A DNA stretch of 64,000 nucleotides, taken from an uncultured Acidobacteriota bacterium. Its GTDB lineage: Bacteria; Acidobacteriota; Thermoanaerobaculia; UBA5066; DATFVB01. Location of the stretch: positions 1 to 64,000 of the forward strand of contig CAWEYG010000004.1 of assembly GCA_963813155.1 (NCBI GenBank). The letters are read 5' to 3'. Under the pieces are notes generated by a model that saw only the letters and a program-made list of their open reading frames with translations, was not told the DNA's origin and ran no database searches. Position 1 is the stretch's first letter, and each line of letters opens with the position of its first letter. Shown one piece after another: positions 1 to 8,888 of this stretch. A program made the position numbers and the translations under genes.

Positions 1-1877
1 AGATAGAAGACTTTCGGGAAGCCGGTCCCTGTCCACGCTTCGTCCTCCCACGACCCGTCCTCGGCTTGCCGGGAGGCGAGGTAGTCGACGCCCCGAAGCA
101 CCTCCGGCGAGGAGAAGTCGCCGCCCGCGAAGAGGGCCATCAACGCCCACGACGTCTGCGAGGGCGTGCTCGGCCCCAGGCCCTTGGTTTCCGGCCGCTC
201 GTAGGAGAGGGGGAGCTCGCCCCAGCCGCCGTCGCCGTTCTGGCAACGGCGCACCCATTCCCCGGATCGCCGGAAGGAGGGAGAAGAGAGGTCGACTCCG
301 GCGGCGGCGAGCCCGCGCAGCGCTAGCCACGTGCCGTAAAGGTAGTTGCATCCCCAGCGGCCGTACCAGGTGCCGTCGGCCTCCTGTTTCTTCAACGGGG
401 AACCGGACAGCCCGCCGCACTTCGGCGCGACCCGGATCTATTCGCAGGCAGCGAAGGGCCTCGAGGGTGCGGCCGGTCACGTCTTCGCTGCTCGGGTCGA
501 TCATCGCGTTGTGGTCGGCGAAGGGAATCAGCGTGAGAATCTCGTTGTCGCAACCGCGATCGAACGCCGCCCAGCCCCCGTCGTCGTTCTGCATCGAGAG
601 GAGCCATTCGAGGCCGCGCGAAACCGCCTCCGCGCGCTTTCGGTCTTCCTCGCCATCAGGAAGGCGAACCTTCGCGAGTGTCGTGAGCACCTCGGCCGTG
701 TCGTCGCAATCGGGATAGAACTCGTTCGCGTATTCGAAATACCAGCCTCCCGGCGCCGCGTCCCGATTCGACTTCACCCAGTCGCCGGGCGACCGGATTT
801 CGTGATCGAGCAGCCACCGCGCGGCTCGCGCGAGCGCGGGATCGTCCGCCGCGCTGCCCGACTCGACGAGCGCCTGCATCGCGATCGCGGTGTCCCACAC
901 AGGGGGAAAGCAGGGCTGGATTCGGAGAGCATCGCCGTCCTCGAGCTCGAGCTTTTCCAGCTCCCGGAGCTGGCCGAGGAAGACGGGATCGTCCGGCGCG
1001 TAACCGAGGGAGTGAAGCGCGATCAGCGTGTTGATAATTGGAGGAAAAATCGCTCCGAGGCCGTCGCTCTTCTCGAACCGTTCGAGCGTCCACGATTCGG
1101 CCCGGCCGATCGCTTTCTTCCGAAGCGGGCGGATTCGCAAACGCTCGACGAGCTTGACGCCCCGATCGATCGCGTGGAAGAACGCGACCAGAATCTCTCG
1201 CGGAGGGTCGCGCGCTTCCCGGCACTCGGGCGGCGTCCGGTTCGCAGCTCGGAGATGCCGAGCTCGCCGGGCACCGCGCACGACGGCTTCAACGCCCAGA
1301 CGATCGACAGCGGGACGACGATGTTCCGCGACCACGACGACATCCGGTAGATGTTGAAGACGAACCAGTCGGGAAGCAGGAGGATTTCCGGCGGAACCGC
1401 GGGGCAGTCGCTCCACTCGAACTGTCCGAAGATCGAAAGGTAGATGCGGGTGAACGAATTGCAGGCCTCGATTCCGCCGAGCTCCAGGATGACTTCGCGG
1501 GCCTTCGCCATGTGCGGCGCTTTCGGGTCGTCGCCCGCGAGCTTCAGCACGAAATACGCCTTGACCGACGAGCTCACTTCCGGCGGTCCGTCCGGGTAGA
1601 TCGCCCAGCCGCCGGTCGGAAGCTGCGCCCGCCGCAGGTATTCGGCCGTCTTCCGCAGCTTCGGGTGATCGAGGGCGCGGCCGAGGAAGTAATGAACGAG
1701 CGCGTACTCCGACTCGAGGATCGTGTCGCCCTCGAGCTCGCCGCACCAGTGGCCGTCCTCGTGCTGGATCGAGAGGAGGTAGTCTCTCGCCGCGGCGATC
1801 GTCTTTTCGACGTCGGCCCGAGTCGTGCCCAAGTCGAGGGCGCTCTCTGACGGTGCGTATTTATTGAGCGGGGTCAT
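1..1877 (-). CDS. shc: Squalene-hopene cyclase (3' end runs off the window; apparent frameshifts, first near 1185)
   Basis: N-terminal LLSIQHEDGHWCGELEGDTILESEY. In shifted frames, GGWYFEYANEFYPDCDDTAE (DxDD motif, ~690-750) and the QW-type repeat KQEADGTWYGRWGCNYLYGTW (~330-390). ATG at 1877 is preceded by GGAGG. Confidence 0.92.
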
Positions 1878-1932
1878 ATACCTCCGGAACGCAACGTTCC
1901 CGCCGCGGATTCTCGCTGATGCCTCGCGGGGA

Positions 1933-1949
1933 CGCAAGTTGTTTGCCAG
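1933..1949 (-). promoter_or_regulatory. Putative sigma54 (-24/-12) promoter for shc
   Basis: Minus strand reads CTGGCAAACAACTTGCG, matching TGGCA-N6-TTGC with exact GG-N10-GC spacing, ~55 nt upstream of the shc ATG. Confidence 0.55.
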
Positions 1950-2013
1950 ACGCGATGAACGAGAGATAAACGCCGCATGCGCGACGGTGCTTCGCTCGAA
2001 GGTGGGCTCTAAC

Positions 2014-2184
2014 CCCTGAGCGAAGCCGGGCGGCGTGGCCCGGGGCTTTGGGGCGGCGCGCAGGCGGTTCTGAGGAGCCGAAAAAGAAACGACGCCGAAG
2101 TGAAGCCCGATCTTGCGAGTTCTTTTCGGCGAGCGAGGAACTGCCGAGCGCCGCTGGGGCTCGGGCCGCGACGCCGGCGAGCGA
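2014..2184 (-). repeat. Diverged copy of a dispersed REP/MITE-like repeat (other copies at 8001 and 43591)
   Basis: Reverse complement starts TCGCTCGCCGGCGTCGCGGCC..AGCCCCAGC and ends GCCTGCGCG..CCCCGGGCC..CTTCGCTCAGGG, like the 8001-8147 copy. The centre is longer and different. Confidence 0.7.
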
Positions 2185-2241
2185 GGCTCTCTCTTGCGGC
2201 GCCCACAGACTCCGCGAGATACTGCCGGCGCGAGCCGCTCT

Positions 2242-2318
2242 GGGGCCGTAGCTCAGTTGGATAGAGCGAGAGTTTCCTAAACTCTAGGTCGCCGGTTCGA
2301 GCCCGGCCGGTCCCACCA
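2242..2318 (+). tRNA. tRNA-Arg (anticodon CCT)
   Basis: Acceptor stem GGGGCCG/CGGTCCC, D arm GCTC-AGTTGGATA-GAGC, anticodon arm AGAGT-TTCCTAA-ACTCT, T arm GCCGG-TTCGAGC-CCGGC, encoded CCA end. Confidence 0.97.
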
Positions 2319-2414
2319 GTTCGACTTCGCTACGCTTCGTGCCTCGGCGCTGCGCGCCGACGAACTGGACGTCCAATCTGGGGGAGGCATCCTCCAGACC
2401 CCCTCTGAAGTGGT

Positions 2415-2443
2415 TTGACTTGCGCCTTTGTTACGCCTAGAGT
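2415..2443 (+). promoter_or_regulatory. Sigma70-type promoter of the imuA-imuB-dnaE2 operon, with a candidate operator in the spacer
   Basis: TTGACT (2415-2420), 17-nt spacer, TAGAGT (2438-2443). The spacer holds an 11-bp-period direct repeat TGCGCCT/TACGCCT. GGAG lies upstream of ATG 2464. Confidence 0.65.
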
Positions 2444-2463
2444 GAGCGCCCTGGAGTTGACCC

Positions 2464-3173
2464 ATGGCTCTCCTTTCCCTCTCCGAAAAGCTCGCGACCC
2501 TCGCCGAAGCGTTTCCGCGCGGAACGGGAGTTCTTCGCGCGTCGGAAATCGTGGCGCCGCGAAGGCTTTCGCTCCTGGCGACCGGAATCGGCCGGCTCGA
2601 CGCGCTTCTTTCGGGAGGACTGCCGCGCGGCAAGCTCGTCGAGATCGTCGGGGGGCGATCGAGCGGGCGGCTGGGAATCGCGCTTTCGACTCTCGCGGCC
2701 GCGACCCGGACGGGAGAGAACGCCGCGTTCATCGATCTCGGCGGCCATCTCGACCCGCGCGAAACGCAGGCGGCCGGCGCGCACCTCCCGCGCATCCTCT
2801 GGGTCCGGCCGAAACGCCTCAAGGATGCCGTTCTTGCGGCGGAAGTCGTCCTTTCCGCGGGGTTTCCCCTCGTCATCGCGGATCTCGGCGTCCCCCTCTC
2901 GGACGCCGCGTTCCCGACGCGTCCTGGGTGAGGCTCGCCCGGAGCGCGGAAGGCCATGCGAGCGCGTTTCTCCTGCTCACCCCGTACGCCGTCGCGGGCC
3001 CGGCGTCGGAAGCGGTCGTGACCGTGCGCCGGCGGCGGGCCGCGTGGAGCGGAACGGGAGCTTCGCCGCGGCTGCTCTGCGGAATCGACGCGCGCTTCAC
3101 GCTCGAAAAGAAGCGCGGCGAGCGGCCGGGGAGAACGGAAGAGGCCCGGTTCCAAATGGAAGAAGCGGGGTGA
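2464..3173 (+). CDS. imuA: ImuA / RecA-like mutasome accessory protein (frameshift near 2920)
   Basis: RecA-like N-terminus LATGIGRLDALLSGGLPRGKLVEIVGGRSSGRL with a degenerate Walker A. Continues in the 2415..3173 frame (PDASWVRLAR...). First gene before imuB and dnaE2. Confidence 0.82.
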
Positions 3174-3176
3174 CGC

Positions 3177-4755
3177 GTGCCCTCCCGCATCGCGTGCCTT
3201 CTCGTCCCCCTTTTTCCACTCGCCGCGCGGCTGCGCAGCGAACCGGAGCTCTCGGGCGAGGCGGTCGCGATTCTCGCCGGCAACGGCAATGCGGCGCGGA
3301 TCGTCGCGGCTTCCCGGGCGGCGCGCAAGGCGGGAATTCGTGCCGGGTTCTCGCTTCCCCAGGCGCGCGTCCTGCTGCCGCGCCTGATCGCGCGGGGAAG
3401 CGACCCCGTCTGCGAGCGATCCGCCCAGGAAGCGCTGCTCGAAGCGGCGGAGACGATCTCCCCGCGGATCGAGGACGCGGGCGGCGGCCTCGCTTACATC
3501 GACACGGAGGGAATGGATCGCAGCTTCTCCTCGGAGCGTTCGCTCGGCCAGTCGCTGGCCGCGGCCGTCGAGGCGGCAGGGCTTCCGTCGCGCATCGGGA
3601 TCGCGGGGAGCAAGCTCGCCGCGCGCGTGGCGGCCGACTCGCCCGATTCGCCCTTCTGCGTGCCGCCGGAAAGGGAGGCGGTGTTCCTTTCGCCGCTGCC
3701 GCTTTCGCGGTTGAACCTCACCCCCCGTCCCCCTCTCCAGCTGGAGAGGGGGTGGCCGGAGGCCGGGGGTGAGGTTACGGAAACACTCCGGCGCTGGGGT
3801 CTCAAGACGATCGGGGAATTCGCGAAGCTTTCGGAAGGGGAGGTCGTCGCGCGCCTCGGCGAGCCGGGGAGGATGCTGCACCAGGCGGCGCGCGGGATCG
3901 ATCCGACCCCCTTTCCGCGGACCGCGCCCCCGTCGTTTGCCGAAGGCATGGACCTGGAATGGCCGCTCGTCGCCGTCGAGCCGTTTCTCTTCGTCGCGCG
4001 GGCCGCGCTCGAGCGGCTCGCGGAGCGCCTGTGCGCGCAGGCGCTCGCGTGTTCGCGCCTCTCCCTCGAGTTGAAGCTCGATCCCGACGGGGTCGACGCG
4101 CGCGCCCTCGATCTGCCCGCCCCGACACGCGAAGTGAAGACGCTCCTGACGCTCGTTCGCCTCGATCTCGAATCGAGGCCCCCGGGAGCTCCCGTCGTCG
4201 GGTTTCGATTCGATGCGCGCCCCGACCGGCCGCGCCGCGCGCAGCTGTCGCTCTTCGGTCCCGCCGCGATTTCTCCGGGAGAGCTCGCGACGTGCCTCGC
4301 GAGACTCGCCGCGCGCCTCGGGGCCGGGTTCGTCGGGCAGCCGGCGGCGGCCGACGGCCACCGCCCGGAGCGATTCGCGATCGCGCCGTACGACCCGCCG
4401 CCTCCGCCCGATCTGCGGCCCCCCCTCCGTGCCAGCCGCGGGCTCCTCGCGGTGCGGGTGCTGCGGCCGGCGATTGCGCTCGAAGTAATCGAAGGAGAGC
4501 GGGGCAGCCTGCGCAGCAGACCCGCGCTGGTCCGCGACTTCCGTCCGGATCCGCTGGGAGTCGATCGAGGAGAACGTCGAGATCCGCGGCGACGTGCGCG
4601 TCGCCTCCGGGCCGTGGCGGCTCGAGGAGGAGTGGTGGTCGGAGTCGGGCGCCGACCGCGATTACTGGGACGTCGAGCTGTCCGACGGGGCGCTCTACAG
4701 GATTTTTCAGGATCGGAAAAGCCGCGCGTGGTTCGCGGACGGGATTTATGACTGA
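3177..4755 (+). CDS. imuB: ImuB, catalytically inactive Y-family polymerase-like protein (frameshift near 4520)
   Basis: Y-family fold motifs (IACLLVPLFPLAA, RIGIAGSKLAARVAA, LRRWGLKTIGEFAKL) without the catalytic Asp. Clamp-binding QLSLF. Shifted C-terminus GPWRLEEEWW...RDYWDVEL...WFADGIYD* overlaps the dnaE2 start. Confidence 0.88.
3714..3776. repeat. 63-bp palindromic element inserted in frame in imuB
   Basis: Outer inverted repeat AACCTCACCCCC / GGGGGTGAGGTT, inner perfect palindrome CCCCCTCTCCAG|CTGGAGAGGGGG (3729-3752). Length is 21 codons and it encodes NLTPRPPLQLERGWPEAGGEV. Confidence 0.8.
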
Positions 4756-7700
4756 AGGCCCCCCCACCCGGGATCTCGGGGAGCGCGCGGTCGTCGCGCT
4801 CCACTCCGAGGGCGCGCGAAAGGAGAAGCTGCGGCAGCGCGCGTGGAAGCCTCCCGCCTCCGCTCTCTCTCCCCGCCCGTACGCCGAGCTCCATGCCGCG
4901 TCGGCGTTTTCGTTTCTGGACGGAGCCTCGCTTCCGGAGGATCTCGTCGACCGCGCCGCGGCGCTCGGTCTTCCCGCCGTCGCGCTCCTCGACACGAACG
5001 GGGTGTACGGCGCGCCGCGGTTCTACAAGGCGGCGAAAGAGGCGGGGGTGCGCGCGATCGTGGGGACGGAGGTGGACTGGAGAGGGGGACGGGGGGTGAG
5101 GTTCTCGCTCCTCGTCGGCAGCCGCGCCGGCTACAGGAACCTCTGCAAGCTCCTGACGGAGGCGGCCGCGGGGAAAGAGAAGGGGAAGGCGAGCGCCTCG
5201 TGGGAATCGATCGCGCGGCACGCGGAAGGGCTGCATTGCCTCACCGGAGGTCCCGAAGGCCCGCTCGCCGCGATTCTCCGGAACGAAGGACTGGACGCCG
5301 GCGAAAAATTCCTGCGCCGTCTCGGGGAAATCTTTCCCGGCCGGCTCCATGTCGAGCTTCAGCGGCATCTCGACCGCGCGGAGGAGCACCGCAACCGGGC
5401 CGCGCTCGACCTCGCGCGGAAGCTGCAGTCTGCCGGTCTTCGCCTCCAACGGCGTGCGCTACGCGAAAGCGGGCGACAGGGACCTCCACGACGCGCTCTG
5501 CTGCGTTCGGGAGGGGACCTCGCTCGACCGGGCGGGAAGCCTGCTCGCCGCCGGGCGCGAACGGCACCTCAAGGGCTCCGCGGAGATGTCGAACCTCTTT
5601 CGCGACGTTCCCGGCGCGCTTTCGGCGTCCTTCGATCTCGCGGAATCTCTCGACTTCACGCTCGCGGACCTGGGCTACCGCTTTCCGGGTTACCCGCTTC
5701 CGGCGGGGGAGACGGCGAGCTCCTACCTGAGGAAGATCACCTGGAACGGAGCGCGCGCCCGCTTTCGCCCGCTGACCGCGCGCGCACAGCGGCAGCTCGA
5801 GAAAGAGCTCGCGATGATCGAGAAACTCGACCTCGCCGGATATTTCCTGATCGTCTGGGACATCGTCCAGTTCTGCCGGCGGGAAAAGATCCTCGTTCAG
5901 GGACGAGGTTCGGCGGCCAACAGCGCCGTGTGCTACGCGCTCTCGATCACGGCGGTCGATCCCGTGAAGATGGACCTTCTCTTCGAGCGCTTTCTCTCGG
6001 AAGAGCGGGGCGAATGGCCCGACATCGATCTCGACCTTCCCTCGGGCGACGAGCGGGAGAGCGTCATTCAGCACGTCTACCGGACTTACGGGCCCCACGG
6101 CGCCGCGATGACCGCCAACGTCATCACGTACCGCGACCGCTCGGCCGCGCGCGAGGTGAGCAAGGCGCTGGGGTTTTCCCCCGAGCAGCAGGAGCGGCTT
6201 TCGAAGCAGCTCGCGGGATGGAGCTTCGGCGAGATCCAGGAGCCGCTGCGGGAGCTGCCGGGCGAGATCGCGGCCGCCGGTTTCGACCCCTCCGAAGAGC
6301 GTTCGCGCCTTTTCCTGCGCCTCTGGTGCGCGATCCAGAACCTGCCGCGACACCTCGGGCAGCATTCCGGCGGCATGATCGTCGCGGCGGGGCGGCTCGA
6401 CGAGGTCGTGCCGCTCGAGCCGTGCTCCATGCCCGGGCGCGTCGTGGTTCAGTGGGACAAGGACGACTGCGCCGATCTCGGCATCGTGAAGGTCGACCTG
6501 CTGGGGCTCGGGATGCTCGCGGCGCTGGAAGAGGCGATTCCGATGGTGCGGGAAAACGAAGGAGTCGAAGTGGACCTCGCGCATCTTCCGCAGGACGATC
6601 CCGCCGTCTACAAAATGCTGAACGAGGCGGACACGGTCGGCGTTTTTCAGCTCGAGAGCCGCGCGCAGATGGCCTCGCTTCCGCGGCACGCCCCGAAGCG
6701 CTTCTACGACATCGTCGTCCAGGTCGCGATCATTCGCCCGGGGCCGATCGTCGGCGGCATGATCCGGCCCTTCTTCGACCGCCACCGGGGGCTGGCTCCC
6801 GTCGAGTACCCGCACCCGTGCCTCGAGCCGATCCTCGAGCGCACGCTCGGCGTTCCGCTGTTCCAGGAGCAGCTCCTGCGGATCGCGATGGTCGCGGCCG
6901 GTTTCACGGGGGGCGAGGCGGAGGAGCTGCGCCGCGCCATGGGGTTCAAGCGATCGGTCGAGAGGATGTCGTCGATCGAGAAGCGCCTCCGCGCCGGGAT
7001 GGAGGCGCGCGGCATCGACGCCGGGGCGCGCGACCGGATCGTCAAGGCGATCACCTCGTTCGCTCTGTACGGCTTTCCCGAATCGCACGCGGCGAGCTTC
7101 GCACTGATCGCGTACGCGAGCGCGTACCTGCGCGCCCATCACCCGACCGCGTTCTGCGCTTCGCTCCTGAACGCCTGGCCGATGGGCTTCTACCACCCGG
7201 CGACCCTCGTCAAGGACGCGCAGCGCCACGGCGCGGAAATCCTTCCGATCGACGTCGCCCGGTCGGGATGGAAGTGCCGGTGGGAGAAAGCGGGGAAGGC
7301 GGGCGGCGTTCGACTCGGCCTGCGATTCGTCAAGGGGCTTCGGAAGGAAACCGGGGATGGAATCGAACAGGAGCAGGCGATGCGGCCGTTCGGGAGCCTC
7401 GAGGATTTCGAGCGGCGGGTCCGTCCCCGTTCGGGCGAGCTCGAACGCCTCGCTTTCGCCGGCGCGCTCGCCGGTTTCGGCCTGACGCGCCGGGAGGCCC
7501 TCTGGCAGGCGGCGAGGGTCGCGCGCCCGGCGGGGCCGCTGCTCGACTCCCTGGAGCTCGCCGGCGCATCTCCTCTGCCGGAGATGTCGGCGGCGGAGCA
7601 GACCTCGGCGGATTATGGCTCGACCGAGATGACGACCGGGCCTCACCTGATCGAGCACGTCCGTTCGCGCCTGGCGGCGAGATCGGTCGCAACCGCGGCG

Positions 7701-7997
7701 AGGTTGCGCGAGCTTCCCGACGGGGCCCGCGTCCGCGCGGCGGGGGCCGTCATCGTGCGCCAGCGCCCCGGCACGGCGAAAGGGTTCGTTTTTCTGACGC
7801 TCGAGGACGAGACCGGAATGGCCCAGGCGATCGTGCGGCCCGACCTGTTCCGCCTTCAGCGCGCGCTGATCGTCGGCTCGCCGGGGCTCGTCGTCGAGGG
7901 AACGCTCCAGAAGCAGGACGGGACGCTCTCGGTGAAGGCGGAGCGGTTCTGGAGTTTGCGCGACGTGGATCGCATTCCCAGCCACGACTTCCGCTGA
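4748..7997 (+). CDS. dnaE2: Error-prone DNA polymerase DnaE2 / ImuC (frameshift near 5425)
   Basis: PHP start YAELHAASAFSFLDGAS, then GRGSAANSAVCY, catalytic PDIDLD, KVDLLGLGML, YGFPESHA, OB fold RQRPGTAKGFVFLTLEDETG, and the DnaE2-type C-terminal SHDFR. Confidence 0.95.
5077..5103. repeat. Half copy of the palindromic element inside the dnaE2 PHP domain
   Basis: CTGGAGAGGGGGACGGGGGGTGAGGTT is the exact 27-nt reverse complement of 3714-3740. Confidence 0.8.
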
Positions 7998-8000
7998 AAT

Positions 8001-8147
8001 TCGCTCGCCGGCGTCGCGGCCAGCCCCAGCGCCCCGCTCGGCAAGTCTTCTCGACCCTCGGCCGCAGTTCGCTTTCCCTCGGGTTCTCGAAGACCAGCCT
8101 GCGCGGGACGCGTTGGCCCCGGGCCGCTCCGCCGACTTCGCTCAGGG
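8001..8147 (+). repeat. Dispersed REP/MITE-like repeat between convergent genes
   Basis: A core of ~70 bp (CCGCTCGGCAAGTCTTCTCGACCC...GAAGACCAGCCTGCGCGG) matches 43626-43698 with one mismatch. Internal inverted repeat GTCTTC/GAAGAC. The end CTTCGCTCAGGG overlaps the DJ-1 gene stop codon. Confidence 0.85.
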
Positions 8148-8879
8148 ACGAGCTGTTTTCCACTCCGTGCTGCGGTACTCCAGCCAATCCGCGGTCTGCT
8201 GGGCGACCGGTTCTCCGAAATAGATCGCGGCGACGTGAAGCGCGAGGTCGAAGCCGGACGTCAGGCCGCCGGCGGTGAACGTGTGCGCGTCGCTCTGGAC
8301 GAAGCGCACACCCCGCTGCAACTCGACCTTCGGGAAGTATTTCGTAAAATCGTCGTAGAAGCCGTGATGGGTCGTCGCCGGTTTTCCGTCGAGGAGGCCG
8401 GCGCTCGCCAACCGGTAGGCCCCCGTGCACACCGACATGATCACGTCCGTCTTCGGATTCGCGGCGGCCTTTTGCAGCCAGGCCTTCATTGCGGGGGATC
8501 CGGACTGAGCTCCGACGACGACGATGCGCGGCGTGGGAGCGTCGGCGAAGCTGTATCGAGGAGTGACGGTCATGTCGCCCTCGACCTGCACCGGCCGGAC
8601 GGAGTCGCTCACGAAAAAGACGTCGAAGGGATACTGGTCGTCGCCCGGAACGTCCTCGCCTTTCGAATCTCCGCGGCCCTTGACGCGAACGTTTCCGAAG
8701 ACCGTCCTGGGGCCGACGAAATCGATCAGGTTCGCGTTTTCCGTCACGGCGATCGCGACGGTAATCTTTCCGGTCCTCGGCGCCGAGAAGGCGGACGCGG
8801 GCTTCGTTGCCGGGGAAGTTGCGGCGACGAGCGGTCCGGTCGCGGCGAGAAGGGCGATTGCGATTCGAAGGGTTGTCAT
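8142..8879 (-). CDS. DJ-1/PfpI family protein with signal peptide
   Basis: Hydrophobic N-terminus, nucleophile elbow SVCTGA, LLDGKPATTH, TAGGLTSGFDLAL. Confidence 0.85.
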   Translation of the reverse strand: MTTLRIAIALLAATGPLVAATSPATKPASAFSAPRTGKITVAIAVTENANLIDFVGPRTVFGNVRVKGRGDSKGEDVPGDDQYPFDVFFVSDSVRPVQVEGDMTVTPRYSFADAPTPRIVVVGAQSGSPAMKAWLQKAAANPKTDVIMSVCTGAYRLASAGLLDGKPATTHHGFYDDFTKYFPKVELQRGVRFVQSDAHTFTAGGLTSGFDLALHVAAIYFGEPVAQQTADWLEYRSTEWKTARP

Positions 8880-8888
8880 GGGTTCCTT

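Noticed and set aside
690-715. DCDDTAE as an oxidosqualene-cyclase (sterol) motif
   Set aside because: It keeps the DxDD pattern of squalene-hopene cyclases. Oxidosqualene cyclases have DCTAE.
2320-2405. Short hairpins after the tRNA as a riboswitch or ncRNA
   Set aside because: Only short GC stems and REP-like fragments (TTCGACTTCGCT) are present, with no recognisable aptamer.
2464-7997. Programmed frameshifting or pseudogenisation of the mutasome genes
   Set aside because: No clear slippery sites, and the same indel pattern affects many unrelated genes, so assembly error is more likely.
2242-8147. imuABC as an island integrated at tRNA-Arg
   Set aside because: No integrase, no duplicated tRNA 3' end found by eye, and no obvious compositional shift.
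3959-8278. Very long alternative ORFs (e.g. 3959..8278, 8235..11690, 29620..33306, 49855..53616, 53580..56714)
   Set aside because: These are shadow frames typical of high-GC DNA. Where they hold real segments (dnaE2 N-terminus, cNMP protein), those are annotated separately.
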